DNA of 64,000 bases from Ginglymostoma cirratum (lineage: Eukaryota), in the NCBI GenBank assembly GCA_024137785.1, contig JAHRHZ010000021.1, forward strand, positions 26,863,321 through 26,927,320, given 5' to 3'. Position numbers and translations under genes: made by a program. Positions 13,140-25,108 of the stretch are shown here, in pieces. The notes below the pieces were generated by a model that was given only the letters and a program-made list of their open reading frames with translations, did not search any database and was not told where the DNA came from. The stretch's first letter is position 1; the number at the start of each line of letters is the position of its first letter.

Positions 13140-14978
13140 AGGCATTGTATAATGACTTTTTGATGATTAACAGTAATGTTGCATATGCAGAGCACAATGA
13201 TCTCAGTCTTGATCATGTGCACTGGTGCACAGGTAAAGTTGTGATCTCCGATAATGTGCAGTATTATGTTAAGAACATAATTAGTAACTTTGAGCAACTC
13301 AGTTGACATTACTTCAATTTTTGCAACTGCTAGGGAGACATAAATGGTCGAATCACTTTTCTTTCTCTGTCTGAGATATTTTGGTGGTAAACACTTCTTT
13401 GTAGTACTTTCCTAAGTTTAATTACTGTAAGGAATAGGCTGTTCAGCCCGTCAAGCCTGCTCCACCATTCAATAGGATCCTGGTTGATCTGACATTCCAC
13501 ATGTCCACATGACAGTCATACTGGACTGGTAAATTGCATAGGTTCGATTTATTTGCAAAGCTCTAGCAAGTTTACTGAACAGACAAACTACTCACTTGCA
13601 ATTACAGAGCACCTGATAAATACATCCCTCCTCTAGCAAGCTATTGGTCAGAGTCCTCATGACTGCTGGTCATGTGGGGTCATCCTGGCGCTTGGTTCAT
13701 TTGCATATTCATCTCTTAAAGCAGTAACAAAATATCTTCTTTATTATCACTCATTCGCCGCCCCCCCCCAATAAAAATTACATACATTAAGAGTGAAAAT
13801 ACTCAAGCATTAGGTTGTTACAAAACTGGAACAAGAATTGAAAAATGGACAAGTTTAAGAGTCTTAGAGTTTTATGATGGAAAGGTAGTTTGAGAATCAT
13901 TTGGATCACATGGAGGGATAATCTTCTAGAGATCTGATCTTCACACTGGTTGTTCTAGGCTTGTACATGTGTTGGTCTTTTGTGTGTTGTAAAGATCATT
14001 GGTTGATGTCATGATGGTTTTCCACATCTCCATTATCCAAGCATATGATTCTGCGTTCTATACAGAGTTGCAGTTTCCCAAATGGGATTTTGTTCCTCAC
14101 AATGTTGCTCATTATGGTTTCACAACATCAAGGATCGCTGCACACTTTGGATACCTCTGCAGGTAATCAAGCTCCTTGGGTAGGACATGTGACTCTTAAC
14201 CTTCTGTTCTCCATGTAGATTAAGCAGTTCCACACATGCAAATCATCATGTACCACCTTCATTCTCCCTTGTTTTCAAGAAGTTTATTCTGTATTTCTGA
14301 GAATTTAGACAGTTGATGGTTAGGCAGTGTTGTCAAAATTTATCTTTCACACAGAGTCTTTGCTGATGGTAAGCCCATATCCAAAGGTGAAGCTGTTGGG
14401 TGTAGCATTGCAATATGAAAACCCTGTTTTGTCACGTTATTCTTCATGACAAGTGCTTCAATGGTACAAACTATTTGCTCAGTGACAGAATCAGATCTGA
14501 GATAATGTGGCAAGGCTGTTACATGGTTTATTTCCATTTGGCACATTCCCTTAAAAGATCTCCCTGTATATTGTAGCCTCTTATCAGATAGGATCTCCTC
14601 AGGTATACCAAATAGACTGAATATTGCACTCATTATGTTTGCTATGGGGACACTCGAAGTGCCCTTTAGCTCTCTGACAATTGACAATTTGGAAAAGAGT
14701 CAGTGACTTGGAGAAAATTGCTATCATGTATGGCAAATAAATCTGTTGTGATTTTGGTTCTAGGAATTGACATAATTTTGAGAATGTAGCTGTTCTTTTT
14801 ATTGCTGCTATTAGGGACTCAGTAAGGATGTGTGAGGCTTACACAATGTTCTCAATGTATTTGTTGACCCCTGGCCAATAGAGTTTCTCGTGCCAGATAT
14901 CTTGTTTGCTTGATGCCCATAAGTCCCTGACATAGCTGTGATAAGTTCTGGTGAAAAGCTTCAGGGACAAATACTTTC

Positions 14979-15202
14979 AGAGATAGTAGGAACTGCAGAT
15001 GCTGGAGAATCTGAGATAACAAGGTGCACAGCTGGATGAACACAGCAGGCCAAGCAGCATCAGAGGAGCAGGAAAGCTGATGTTTCGGGTCTGGACCCTT
15101 CTTCAGAAATGCTTTTCTGACGAAGGGTCCAGACCCGAAACGTCAGCTTTCCTGCTGCTCGGCCTGCTGTGTTCATTCAGCTCTACACCTTGTTATCTCA
15201 GA
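14979..15202. mobile_element. Palindromic PLE-terminus-derived element with hammerhead-like cores on both strands
   Basis: Inverted arms at about 15010-15109 and 15114-15202. Plus core CTGACGA (15117) A GGGT-ccag-ACCC GAAA CGTC. Minus core CTGAAGA A GGGT-ccag-ACCC GAAA CATC. Confidence 0.85.
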
Positions 15203-15222
15203 ATACTGGTGTGTTTTTTTTA

Positions 15223-15355
15223 NNNNNNNNNNNNNNNNNNNNNNNNNNNNNNNNNNNNNNNNNNNNNNNNNNNNNNNNNNNNNNNNNNNNNNNNNNNNNN
15301 NNNNNNNNNNNNNNNNNNNNNNNNNNNNNNNNNNNNNNNNNNNNNNNNNNNNNNN
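15223..15355. other. Assembly gap
   Basis: Run of N. Confidence 1.
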
Positions 15356-16149
15356 AAAGGGCTCAAAATTTTAATTACTTGACTTATATGTCAACAGTTC
15401 ATAATCGTCTAAAGTCTATTTGCAAGTACCATTTGTGCAGTAATTTTTCCCTTAGAACCCAGTGTAATTGTAACTTCTCCACTGTTTCAAATCCTGTCTG
15501 AGAGTCATTCCTGTGGTTTTGAAATTTGCATCGCTGTCTTCCTTTCTTTAAAATATTATTGCTGATCACCTTGTCAGAGTCTTGTGCTGTTGCTGAGCTA
15601 ACTGCTGCTTAGGCTCCTGGTGGTTGCTGGACATTGTGGAGTCATCCTGATCCTTGGCTTATTAACATACTTAGCTCTTAAAGCAGCAACAGCACAGTAA
15701 CTATTTACGTGTTATGACTGACCTCAGCCCTTCAACTCTATCCAGATTCTGCAAGCTAAAATTTACGCAATTTAAACGCAACACAATCATCATAGTAAAA
15801 TATCCAACTCAGAACTTGCTCACAGAGTGTCAAATCCACCAATTTTCATTTTTTTCCTCAATTCCAGCAGTCATTGTCTCACCCTCGCCGCTGTTTCTCT
15901 GCCTGTAGCTGTTTTACTGTATTTTTATGAGCCTTGACTGGGCATCACTCTGGAATGTAATCTTGTCTTTATGTCTACCTGTGTACACTTCCAGTTAAAG
16001 TCAACAGCCAGTCAGCAGAAGAAAGAGTCGGCTTAATATCCTTTGCCTTAACTTGACACCCTGAGGCCAATTTTAGTATCAACATCTTAGCTCTGGCTAA
16101 AATCTGTAACCTCTTCACTGGTCAGACGTAAAGCCTAAACTTGGGATGA

Positions 16150-16505
16150 AATGTTAGCATAGTGATAACACAACGGGATGAGTAATCCAGAGGTCAGGGC
16201 TAACACTCTGGCAAATATTGGTTCAAATCCCAGCATGGCAGGTGGTGGAAATTCAATTCCGTTAATAAAATCTGGAATTAAAAGCTACGGTCTTTGATTG
16301 TGACCAGCATCTAAAATTCTAACTGGTTCAGCTATGCGGTTTTAGGAAGGGTAATCTGCCTCCTGGCTCCATCTGGTCTCCATGTCTCTCCATACCCACA
16401 GCAATACGGGTGATTTTTAACTGCCCACTGAAATGGCCCAGCAGTCAAGGATAATCAGAAATAAGCAGCAAATGTTGTCCTGCCCGGTAATGCCCACATT
16501 TAATG
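16150..16505 (+). mobile_element. tRNA-derived SINE (family 3) with LINE-like tail
   Basis: B-box ggttcaaatccc. The 3' end aataagcagcaaatgttgtcctgcccggtaatgcccacat resembles the 3' end of the LINE at about 9000. Confidence 0.75.
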
Positions 16506-17089
16506 ACAGATTAAAAGAACCCCTTGTGTTGACAAATTTATTGCTTTTTTTTATAATAATTAACCTTTATGCATTAATTTCAACCTAAAGTTATCAAAAC
16601 TGGCATGAGAAATTATACTTTGGAAAATTATAACTTTGTTGATATACAGATGACTTTAAAATGAAACGTACTTTTGCAAAAGCATTAACTCTAATAATAT
16701 AATTTATTGGTAAGGTGACAGATATTGTTTCAACTTTTACAAAAATCTAAAAACTTCCAAAACGTTATTGAAGAAATGTGAACCCATATCTTCCTTGGAG
16801 AAGTACTCACTGTCAGACCCATCACTCTGTTCCTACTTTCTTTTTAAACGCAATAACCAAGCTCTACATTTCTGCTCAGGACTTTGAATGTTGACCTCTT
16901 CAGAAGTGAGGAGTGTATTTTATACCAGAGTCTTTCTTTATAGCAGGGGATTTTCAGGGGAACCCAAGTCAGACTCCCTTACAGAGCATCAGTTGCCATT
17001 TTCTGTGAAGTATTCACTAACACATGGAAAAACTTTGAAACCAGCTTTTTTTTTTCACTGTGCTAAAGAAGCAGATGAGGTGTAGTCAG

Positions 17090-17590
17090 TGTGTAAGGAG
17101 ATGGGAGGTGAGTCAAGTGTGTAAGAGAGTAGGGTTCAGTGGAGGATGGCAGCTGCACATGTTTCATGGTAGGCAAGGTAGTTGGATGGCAGAGTAGTGA
17201 AGTGATAGGTAAATTGGAAGATGGGTAAGCTGGCAAGTGGGTGGGATGGGCAGTTGGGGAGTGACTGATCTGGGAATTAGTCAGGATGGGTAGCAGAATC
17301 AGTTTGGGTCAGGGGATGGGGTAGGGAGTCAGGTGGTGTTGCCTCAGTTGGATTGGGTCTGGGTGCAGCGCGGGTGTCAGTTGGGTTGAGATGGTTATTA
17401 GGTTCTAGTCAGGTCTAGACCAGCCAGAAGTTGATGGTTGAGGAGTCAGATGGTCAGGAGGAAGGGATGTCAGAAGGAAGTGGTGAACTCCAGACAGGCC
17501 AGAATAGCGGTTGGGAGTTGAGGTGGTGGGAGCTGGGAGATTCAGTAGAGTTGGTCAAGGAGTCAACAGGGTAAACTGGGGTGGTCAACT
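17090..17590. repeat. G/T-rich low-complexity tract, probably inside an unclassified repeat
   Basis: Many GGG runs and gtcagg/gttggg units. Confidence 0.6.
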
Positions 17591-20299
17591 GTACACTTAC
17601 CCAAGAAGAAACACTGTTTTCAATTTGTCAAACATTTGGGTTCCTATCCAGACATCAGAACTTACCAAAGTCTTCAACTGTAAATCAGAGTCGTAGACCT
17701 TTTCAAAGGGTCTCCAGGAACAGGTGATTTGCCCATCAGAACTTCAAGCTTTCCAAGCAATTCCCAAAGACTCTGTGAATCAGAAACTCCAAGGGCACCC
17801 GCACACATATCTCGTCAAACATCCAGTCCTCAGCTATCCAAAGACAAGATGATCTGGGCCACTGTTTTGTACTGCCTAATGTATTCCCCAAGTATGACTG
17901 AACACATAACAACATCAGAACTTGTGTCGATCGCATGCATTGCTACTGCAAAAGAAATGACATGCTTCTGACAGTAAGCTCCTCTGAGATCTACAGCTTT
18001 GCTTGTCATAATCCAGGTATGTCATGTTTAGTGGACAAATTACTAGCAGGTCTCAGCTGGTTGCTTAACACTAAAAATCCATGTACAAGACAAGAACAAG
18101 TCCTACTTATGGAATTACTTTCAAAGGGAAATTGATCAGTTAGCATTATTTTTCATCCCCTTAATGGAGTAATAGTTCGGAGTTTGTAAACTTATATTGT
18201 GTGCACGTATGATAGAGACGCTGAAAACTGGTCCTTTAATCCCAAAGGTGGCACACACATTTGTGACACTTCAAAGAGAAAATATAAAGAATAATTGGTG
18301 CTCTTCAGAAATATAAAATGGCAGAGCCAAGATGAGCACAAATGCTTAATTGATCTTTGTGCTAACTCAGCTTTTGTATACTCAAAATTTATTACATTTT
18401 GTGACCTTAAAAGAACACACAAGCACAACAGCTAAACAATTGTACATTAAAACAAATTTGAAACTTGTCACATTGGTGGAAAATGAATATTTTGGATCAA
18501 GGATGCACAAGAGAAACTGGCTAATTTTCTCTTCCAGTAAATAATAAATCCATCAGTTTCTACAATGGCTGACCAATTCATAATACAGGTTTATAGCCAA
18601 ACAGCAAGTTGAAAATCTGTATTTAACTTGGTACAATATTCCAGCTCTCAAACAGTCCATTCACCAACTAACAACTGCTAACAAATGAGATACTGATCAA
18701 GAATTTTACATATGCATGCAATTCCTGCTTAACATTGCAATTCCTGCATAAAGAGACAAATTCACTTCATTCCAAGCTTTTCCAGTAACATTACGTACTA
18801 GAATGGCAGTGGACAAGGTTTTCAAGTCGAGGATTGGGACCCAAAGCCTCTGATTTTGTTTGGAATTGGCAACTAATCTTAAAGCGGGGACAAATTTAAA
18901 TGTGCAATAAAACCATTGTAAAGCAACCATCTGACATGGCTAAATCAAAGTCAGCAGAAGGGGAGGCTGAGCACTGACAACCCTGGCAAGGGTAGCTCAC
19001 AATTTACCAATGTGATTTTGGAGATGGTGTCAGTGACAGTACATAAGAGAGCAGGGATCTTGTTTCTAGAAACTGACAGGTAAAGAACACTCTGTCAAAC
19101 ATGCTTGCTTAAAGATGGCAGAAAGTGTCAGGAGACAGTGCTGTCCACAAAATCTGAATGCAATGGCACATGTGGTTTAATGGCCTCCTCAGTTCTGGCA
19201 AGAGAGAGACTAATGCAACATCGGGATGACAGGTCTGTAGTTACCAGCAGTCACACCAGCTGAGCATCATCAGCATGGTGTGCCTGAGCATCAGAGATCC
19301 AAAAGTCCACAGTATTTATTGACCTGTCAGCAAGGATTAGAGCCCTAGCATTTTCCAGGGCCTGGTAACATTGGTAAATGCAAGGTCTTAATTAAAGAAA
19401 CCACATTGTTGAGACCGACCATTGCCTTACTTGGTAATTCTGGCAGGACCAAAAGGAGCAGAATTCAAGTAAGCACAGGAGGAGCAGTCTTCCACCTCTC
19501 TATCCTCAGAGTTATGGAGGTGGTAATGGCAATAGAGATTCCCAATAGAGTGGTACTGCATAACCACATGTGCAATGTAGATGTGGGATTACATGGAGAA
19601 TGGGTGAAAGAATATTGAATTGGAACGACAAAGGGAAAGGCATTCACTCTCCCCTGTCTAATAAATGGCCTAAGCCCCAACTACACTGGAAAGTCTCAGC
19701 TGAGGCCTCTGCTGTTAGAGGCAGTTCTCATACTTTGGCTTTCTGTTTCCCACAGGGACAGCTGTCAATGGGAAGCATGTCAGCACAGCAGCAGCATTAG
19801 GGGGGGCTTCTGATAAAACTATATGAGCAGACTAGGAGCATCAGAGCATTCAAGTGCATTCTCCACTGGTGCAGACACACTCAAATAGAGAGGTCCTTGT
19901 ATGTGGGTCAAAAAGGAGACACTGGATGAAGAGCATGATGTAAGTGAAGAGAAGGAGGTGGTGAGTGTGGCGACTGTGGGCAATTCCCCTCAGATGATGG
20001 AGGATAGACAGAGACATGCTGAGTGGAACACAGATGCAGGACCTCGGAACTTAAGCAATGTGGCACCACTTTGACCAACAATGTGAGATATCTGCCCAAA
20101 TGTCAGATTTTCCTGAGATACTGTAGAGTCAATGGCTGAGAATAGAGAAATTTATTCAACTTGTGTGCACCTCCATTGATACACTCAATGACAACCATAA
20201 ATGGTAAGACTCCAAGTGGATATCAGAACAACACCTTGACATGCACAGAATGCATGCATTGTTCCAGCCCTTTGATAAGCCAGTGACACTGATGGCGTG

Positions 20300-20429
20300 A
20301 AAGAAAACTTCAGAAGCTGGAGTCAAAGATAACAAAACAACAGTCAGAGAGCTGGAAGAACACAGCAGACCAGGCAGCATCAGAGGAGCAGGAAAGTTGA
20401 CATTTCAGGTCAGGATTCTTCTTCAGAAA
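20300..20429 (-). mobile_element. PLE-terminus-derived element, single arm, decayed hammerhead-like core
   Basis: Aligns by eye with the left arm of 14979-15109. Minus core reads ctgaagaagaatcctgacctgaaatgtc. Confidence 0.8.
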
Positions 20430-20544
20430 CAGAATTATTCAAACCTTTAAGCTGTCTTCAGGGTGGCATGAATATGAGGGCAGATTTGATACAGGTGTGT
20501 TTCTACTGAGTTTTATTAATTCAGCAGGTTTGTATGATCCAGGA

Positions 20545-20649
20545 ACAAAAACTAAAGTTGCTGGAAAAGCTCAGCAGGTCTGGCAGCATCTATGAAGGAA
20601 AACAAAACAAAGTTAATGTTTCAGATCCGGTGACTCTTCTTCAGAAACC
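20545..20649 (-). mobile_element. PLE-terminus-derived element (second subfamily) with 11-bp TSD
   Basis: Flanked by atgatccagga at 20534-20544 and 20650-20660. It is the reverse-complement homologue of 22758-22857. Confidence 0.85.
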
Positions 20650-21274
20650 ATGATCCAGGAGTCATTTTGCTCTGCTTAGGAGAACTCCCTGACATTACAG
20701 CCTTGAATATATCCACTTTTGCTGCCAATGCCTAGTCCATAACTCTCCAGCGGCCTTTGTCCTTATTCAAATATCACTGCTTCCCTTCTGTATTTCACAT
20801 TTTCAAGCCTTGACTTTAAGGAATGTGATCCCTATATCTGGGAGCATGGCTCAGTATGCCCAATGTTACAAATAAGTTACAGGATGCACATTCAAAACTA
20901 AAATTAACCTAAGTGAATTCAATCATGCTTTGACTGTTGAGATGGTCTCCAGTCTCAGTCACCTCTGTGCGCTCCTCTTGCAGCCTTGGATGAGTTGGAG
21001 GCATTGACTTCTGGGTGTTTGTTTGGATGTGAGACATGCAGGATGATCATTCTCCCCAAAGAGGTGCCAGTGAGAGACCTCCCAGAAGATGCTGCGCCAA
21101 TGTTCATGCAGGGGTGGGCTGTGTTACAGGACCATGTTGCATGGAGGGTGTTTTAGTCAGGTGGTCAAGAAGGTCAGTGGTACCTCATCCTCATCAATGA
21201 CTGCCTTAACTTTGGCACGCTGGATAGCTGGAAGGAATCACCAGGTGGGGTCTGACTGGCATTCACTCCATGTA

Positions 21275-21371
21275 GAGATAACACAATGTGGAGCTGGAGG
21301 AACACAGCAGGCCAGGCAGCATCAGAGGAGCAGGAAAGTTGATGTTTCAGGTCAAGACCCTTCTTCAGAAA
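21275..21371 (-). mobile_element. PLE-terminus-derived element, single arm
   Basis: Minus core ctgaagaagggtcttgacctgaaacatc; same body as the 15.0 kb copy. Confidence 0.8.
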
Positions 21372-22309
21372 TGGTCTTTCCGGAGGGAGGGAGGACAATT
21401 TCTTCAAGGTGGGCATCCTTTAACATCCACTGACAGGGCATGACGAGCAGTACTGTGAGGTCTGAGATCCTTTCTCAATGATGGTACGAATCTCAGTGAC
21501 CACCTACCTAGGTAGGCATGGTCTCCTGCAGTATTGGTGCTCTGACATGCCTAGGTAGCTTCTTTATGCAGAGACTATGGCCTATATGTTCTTCCTATTC
21601 TTCATTTCTCTCCTCTGCTTTTCTCATATCCTGGGCTCTGGTGTTTGCTCCTACAGACAGTGATCTACTTGGCCACTGATATCCATCTTGAAGTACCTTA
21701 ATTCCATATCTAGCTATTAATTTGATCATAGTCAAATCCAATCTAAATGATTTCTGTTCACCATGCCCTTTTCACCACCACCCCAAATCAAGCCACAATC
21801 CCACAACTTCGGAAGGTCACAAACCCTCCTTGAATGTTTCAATGCATGCAGACCACTCGCTCTGCTAACCCTGCTCACTTAGTGGTACCTGTCTCAAATG
21901 ACACACACAGCCTTTCACGTATCTAACTAATTTAGTAGCATGATGATGAGTGAATCTGGCTGTTGTATCATCTCCTTCCATTTGGACTGTTCCAGATTTA
22001 TTGTGGAACCTGAATTTCCCCAAAAAAATAGCAAAATAACATTTAGAAAGCTCGTGAACAACTTTAATGGTCAGTAACCTGAGTCAGGTGGCTACACTCC
22101 ATTGAGCAAAATTGTCAAACATCAAAATGGCACCATTATACCAGAATTTTGTCAACAATAATTAAACCTGCCTACCTACCCCTGTTCCTGTCATTAAAAT
22201 TGGATCAAAATTCTGTTCAGTATTTTCACAAGTGAACCACTGCTACACCGAGTAGCTTTAAGAAGTAACAGACAGATATATTTGCACAGAGAATGTTACA
22301 GTCTATTCC

Positions 22310-22709
22310 NNNNNNNNNNNNNNNNNNNNNNNNNNNNNNNNNNNNNNNNNNNNNNNNNNNNNNNNNNNNNNNNNNNNNNNNNNNNNNNNNNNNNNNNNNN
22401 NNNNNNNNNNNNNNNNNNNNNNNNNNNNNNNNNNNNNNNNNNNNNNNNNNNNNNNNNNNNNNNNNNNNNNNNNNNNNNNNNNNNNNNNNNNNNNNNNNNN
22501 NNNNNNNNNNNNNNNNNNNNNNNNNNNNNNNNNNNNNNNNNNNNNNNNNNNNNNNNNNNNNNNNNNNNNNNNNNNNNNNNNNNNNNNNNNNNNNNNNNNN
22601 NNNNNNNNNNNNNNNNNNNNNNNNNNNNNNNNNNNNNNNNNNNNNNNNNNNNNNNNNNNNNNNNNNNNNNNNNNNNNNNNNNNNNNNNNNNNNNNNNNNN
22701 NNNNNNNNN
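22310..22709. other. Assembly gap
   Basis: Run of N. Confidence 1.
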
Positions 22710-22857
22710 GAGAAAACAGAATTAACGTTTCGGGTCCGGTGACCCTTCCTCAGAACAGTTCTGAGGAAGGGTCACCGGACCCGAAACGTTAATTCTGTTT
22801 TCTCCTCCACAGACGCTGCCAGACCTGCTGAGCTTTTCCAGCAACTTTGTTTTTGTT
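22710..22857. mobile_element. Perfect palindromic PLE-terminus-derived element
   Basis: Arms 22710-22756 and 22758-22804 are exact reverse complements (47 bp, 1-nt spacer). The left arm runs into the gap. Confidence 0.9.
22757..22794 (+). ncRNA. Minimal type I hammerhead ribozyme-like motif (mirrored on the minus strand at about 22720-22757)
   Basis: agtt CTGAGGA (22761) A GGGTC-accg-GACCC GAAA CG TT aatt. Stem I pairs AGUU with AAUU. Confidence 0.7.
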
Positions 22858-25108
22858 CAATCAAGGATCTCATGGTCAACAAGATCCACCTGGTTCCAAT
22901 CACTCTGGTATTTTTTTGGCAGAAATATGAAACAGGTGTTACCAGATAGAGTGACCTTTAACATTCCACCCTTTCTTAGGAATTTATGTTACTCCACACT
23001 GGACATTGTTTCTTGGGTAAATTGGGAGAATAGACAGAGGGGCACTGGGCCAGAAATGAATTCACGTCCATCCCTCTCTGAAACCTTAAAAAACAAAAGA
23101 TCTCCTTTTTGCAATTAACCTGAAGCAGTCCTGTTAAGATAGCTCAATGCTAGACACCGATACACCCAGTATTTCACCGAATATCCACAACCAATTGAAA
23201 AAAAAGAGTCGAAGTCTTCTCCACATCATAAATATGCTGTTTAGCATTTTGATTCTCACTTGATCCAAGTGGCCCCAGTAAAATAGCACAGCGAAGCGTT
23301 AGAGTCAGAATTTTCAGCAAGTATCGCACTGTGCTTCAAGCTGCTAATGCCCTGTTGCTACTCAAACGAACAATTTGATATCACCACCACGTCAAGATTT
23401 TTGTTGTTTCAATAGGAATTGATGAGTTGGAAAAGTCAGGCTTGATGCGAGTAGTGAACATCTTGACTGAATGTATTTGAAAGGGAGTTCAAATTATCAC
23501 CCCAAATGTTTTCCTATTGGTTCAAACAGCACCTTCCTTACCCACTAATTGAGCAAATATACAAGTGTGCTGCTTCTTCACATTGTACTTTTCCCAAAAA
23601 AAGGCATCTAATATTTAATTGTGTTTACAAAAATAATGTAATAAGATTTGTTTATTTGAAATAGCATTGGGGTTATAAAAGCAGGTAGGATTGAAACACA
23701 GCTACATAATGAACATGAAGAAAATGATAATTTTAATCATATCTCAACACACTATATTGGCAATGATAATGTTGGCAATTTTACCGTATACTATTATGAT
23801 GGAAGAAGTGAAAGCTACAATATCTTACCAATGTCACAAAACAGTATTCGTTAATGAGCCTAGGGAAAATGTTTGTGATACAGCCAATTACAAAAACAAA
23901 GCTTTAAACATATTTTTATGATGTTCATATATATGCACACAGGGAAATAACTGACACATCTAAAGCCATCACACCGCATGTGACAAAACCTACTGAGTTC
24001 CCTTTGGCACACTCATTTCTTGCATTGTGCAAAACCACTTGAAAACATGCTTACAGACTACTTGTCAGTTGAAAAAGAGCAGTAATGAGATCTGGAGGTT
24101 TATGACAATGGTCCTCAACAGCTTCAAATAATACTGTATAAATCATGCAATCTCATTCAAATTTATATTACAATTCACCACACACATGCTACTCAAAAAG
24201 ACAGGAGTGACTTCTACACACACAGGCAGCATATCTAAGACAAAAGTCGGCTGCGAAATGTTCGCATCAGAACAAAATTATCTGGAAAACTTAAAAAGTG
24301 AATAACTGAAATAGGACAAAAATCTAATACTGCCTAGATTTTGATTCGATTTTATCACAAAAGAAATATAACTATAGTGTATTGGTTCTCTTTATGCTAT
24401 GTTCAGGCAAAGTGTTGAAAACAATTATACTGATTTGAATGTACAAGTAATATATAAAACCTGTAATAAGCTCTTACTTTACTATTACAATGGTCTTGAA
24501 TTGCACTACTGTAACCCTCATAACCTCCATCAATCACCATCATTGTGGGAGGGTTGCCAATAATACAAAGCGCTAACCTGGCCCATTTACATTGCCCTGT
24601 AAGATATTACCTATAATTTCTATCAGTCCCCACACATGGATGGATTGACAATTTTTTACTTCAAGCACTAGGTTTTGCAGAGTCAGAAATTCATGTAAAA
24701 GGTTTTGTACCCATCTATATTTCTTATGGCTTGTGGCACACAAAACTGCACTCAGATTCCTAAAATGCCCATCTGGTGTATGAAGATCCCCAATCAGGGT
24801 ATAAACATGTAAATGTAGCTATCATTAAAAAACATTATTTTATTCTCAAAGATCAATTATATGCACAGCATAGCAATTTATAAGTTCACAGATTCTGCAA
24901 ACCCAGCAATCTACCCAGTATAGTACTCCACAGTTGTACTCAAAAACATGAACTTCAATCCCATGTTAAACATTACCGTTCTCCCTTCTATTATTCAGGA
25001 ATCAGCCTGGAAGCAAAACAAAGCACGTCATGCATGGTATCAACATCAAAAAAATACTGAAACCCCATTCGTGCTTCCTCAGCCATTACCTTGAAAACAG
25101 ATATAAAA

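Larger units (their letters stand above)
13500..15691 (-). mobile_element. Decayed Ty3/Gypsy LTR retrotransposon: integrase remnant and two related LTR ends
   Basis: ORF 14340-14687 (IFSLFGIPEEILSD..QYTG..F..INHVTALPHY) resembles the rve integrase core. Similar LTR-like ends ...ctcttaaagcagtaaca (13729) and ...ctcttaaagcagcaaca (15691) read TGT.. on the minus strand. Confidence 0.8.
18810..22205 (+). mobile_element. Heavily decayed Harbinger-like DNA transposon (transposase on + at about 18950-19620; possible convergent Myb/SANT ORF on -)
   Basis: Colinear remnants GSSQFT...VSVTVHKRAGILF, AHVV*WPP, QVC, PTIALL, STGGAVFHLSILRV and VLHN compare with GISQ..VTxALxxRA, THVAIKAP, QLVCD, TIGLL, SGGALQYSPxRV and CVLHN. 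Minus-strand RVSRAS...SRRVCDL at about 21810-21870 is a weak Myb-like match. Element ends are uncertain. Confidence 0.5.

Noticed and set aside
14979-15202. MITE or pre-miRNA interpretation of the palindromes
   Set aside because: Single-arm copies exist, TSDs in the family are long and variable, and the hammerhead consensus explains the conserved motif better.
22282-22742. ORFs of 147-149 aa, and similar ones at 15080-15501
   Set aside because: They consist largely of N gap sequence.
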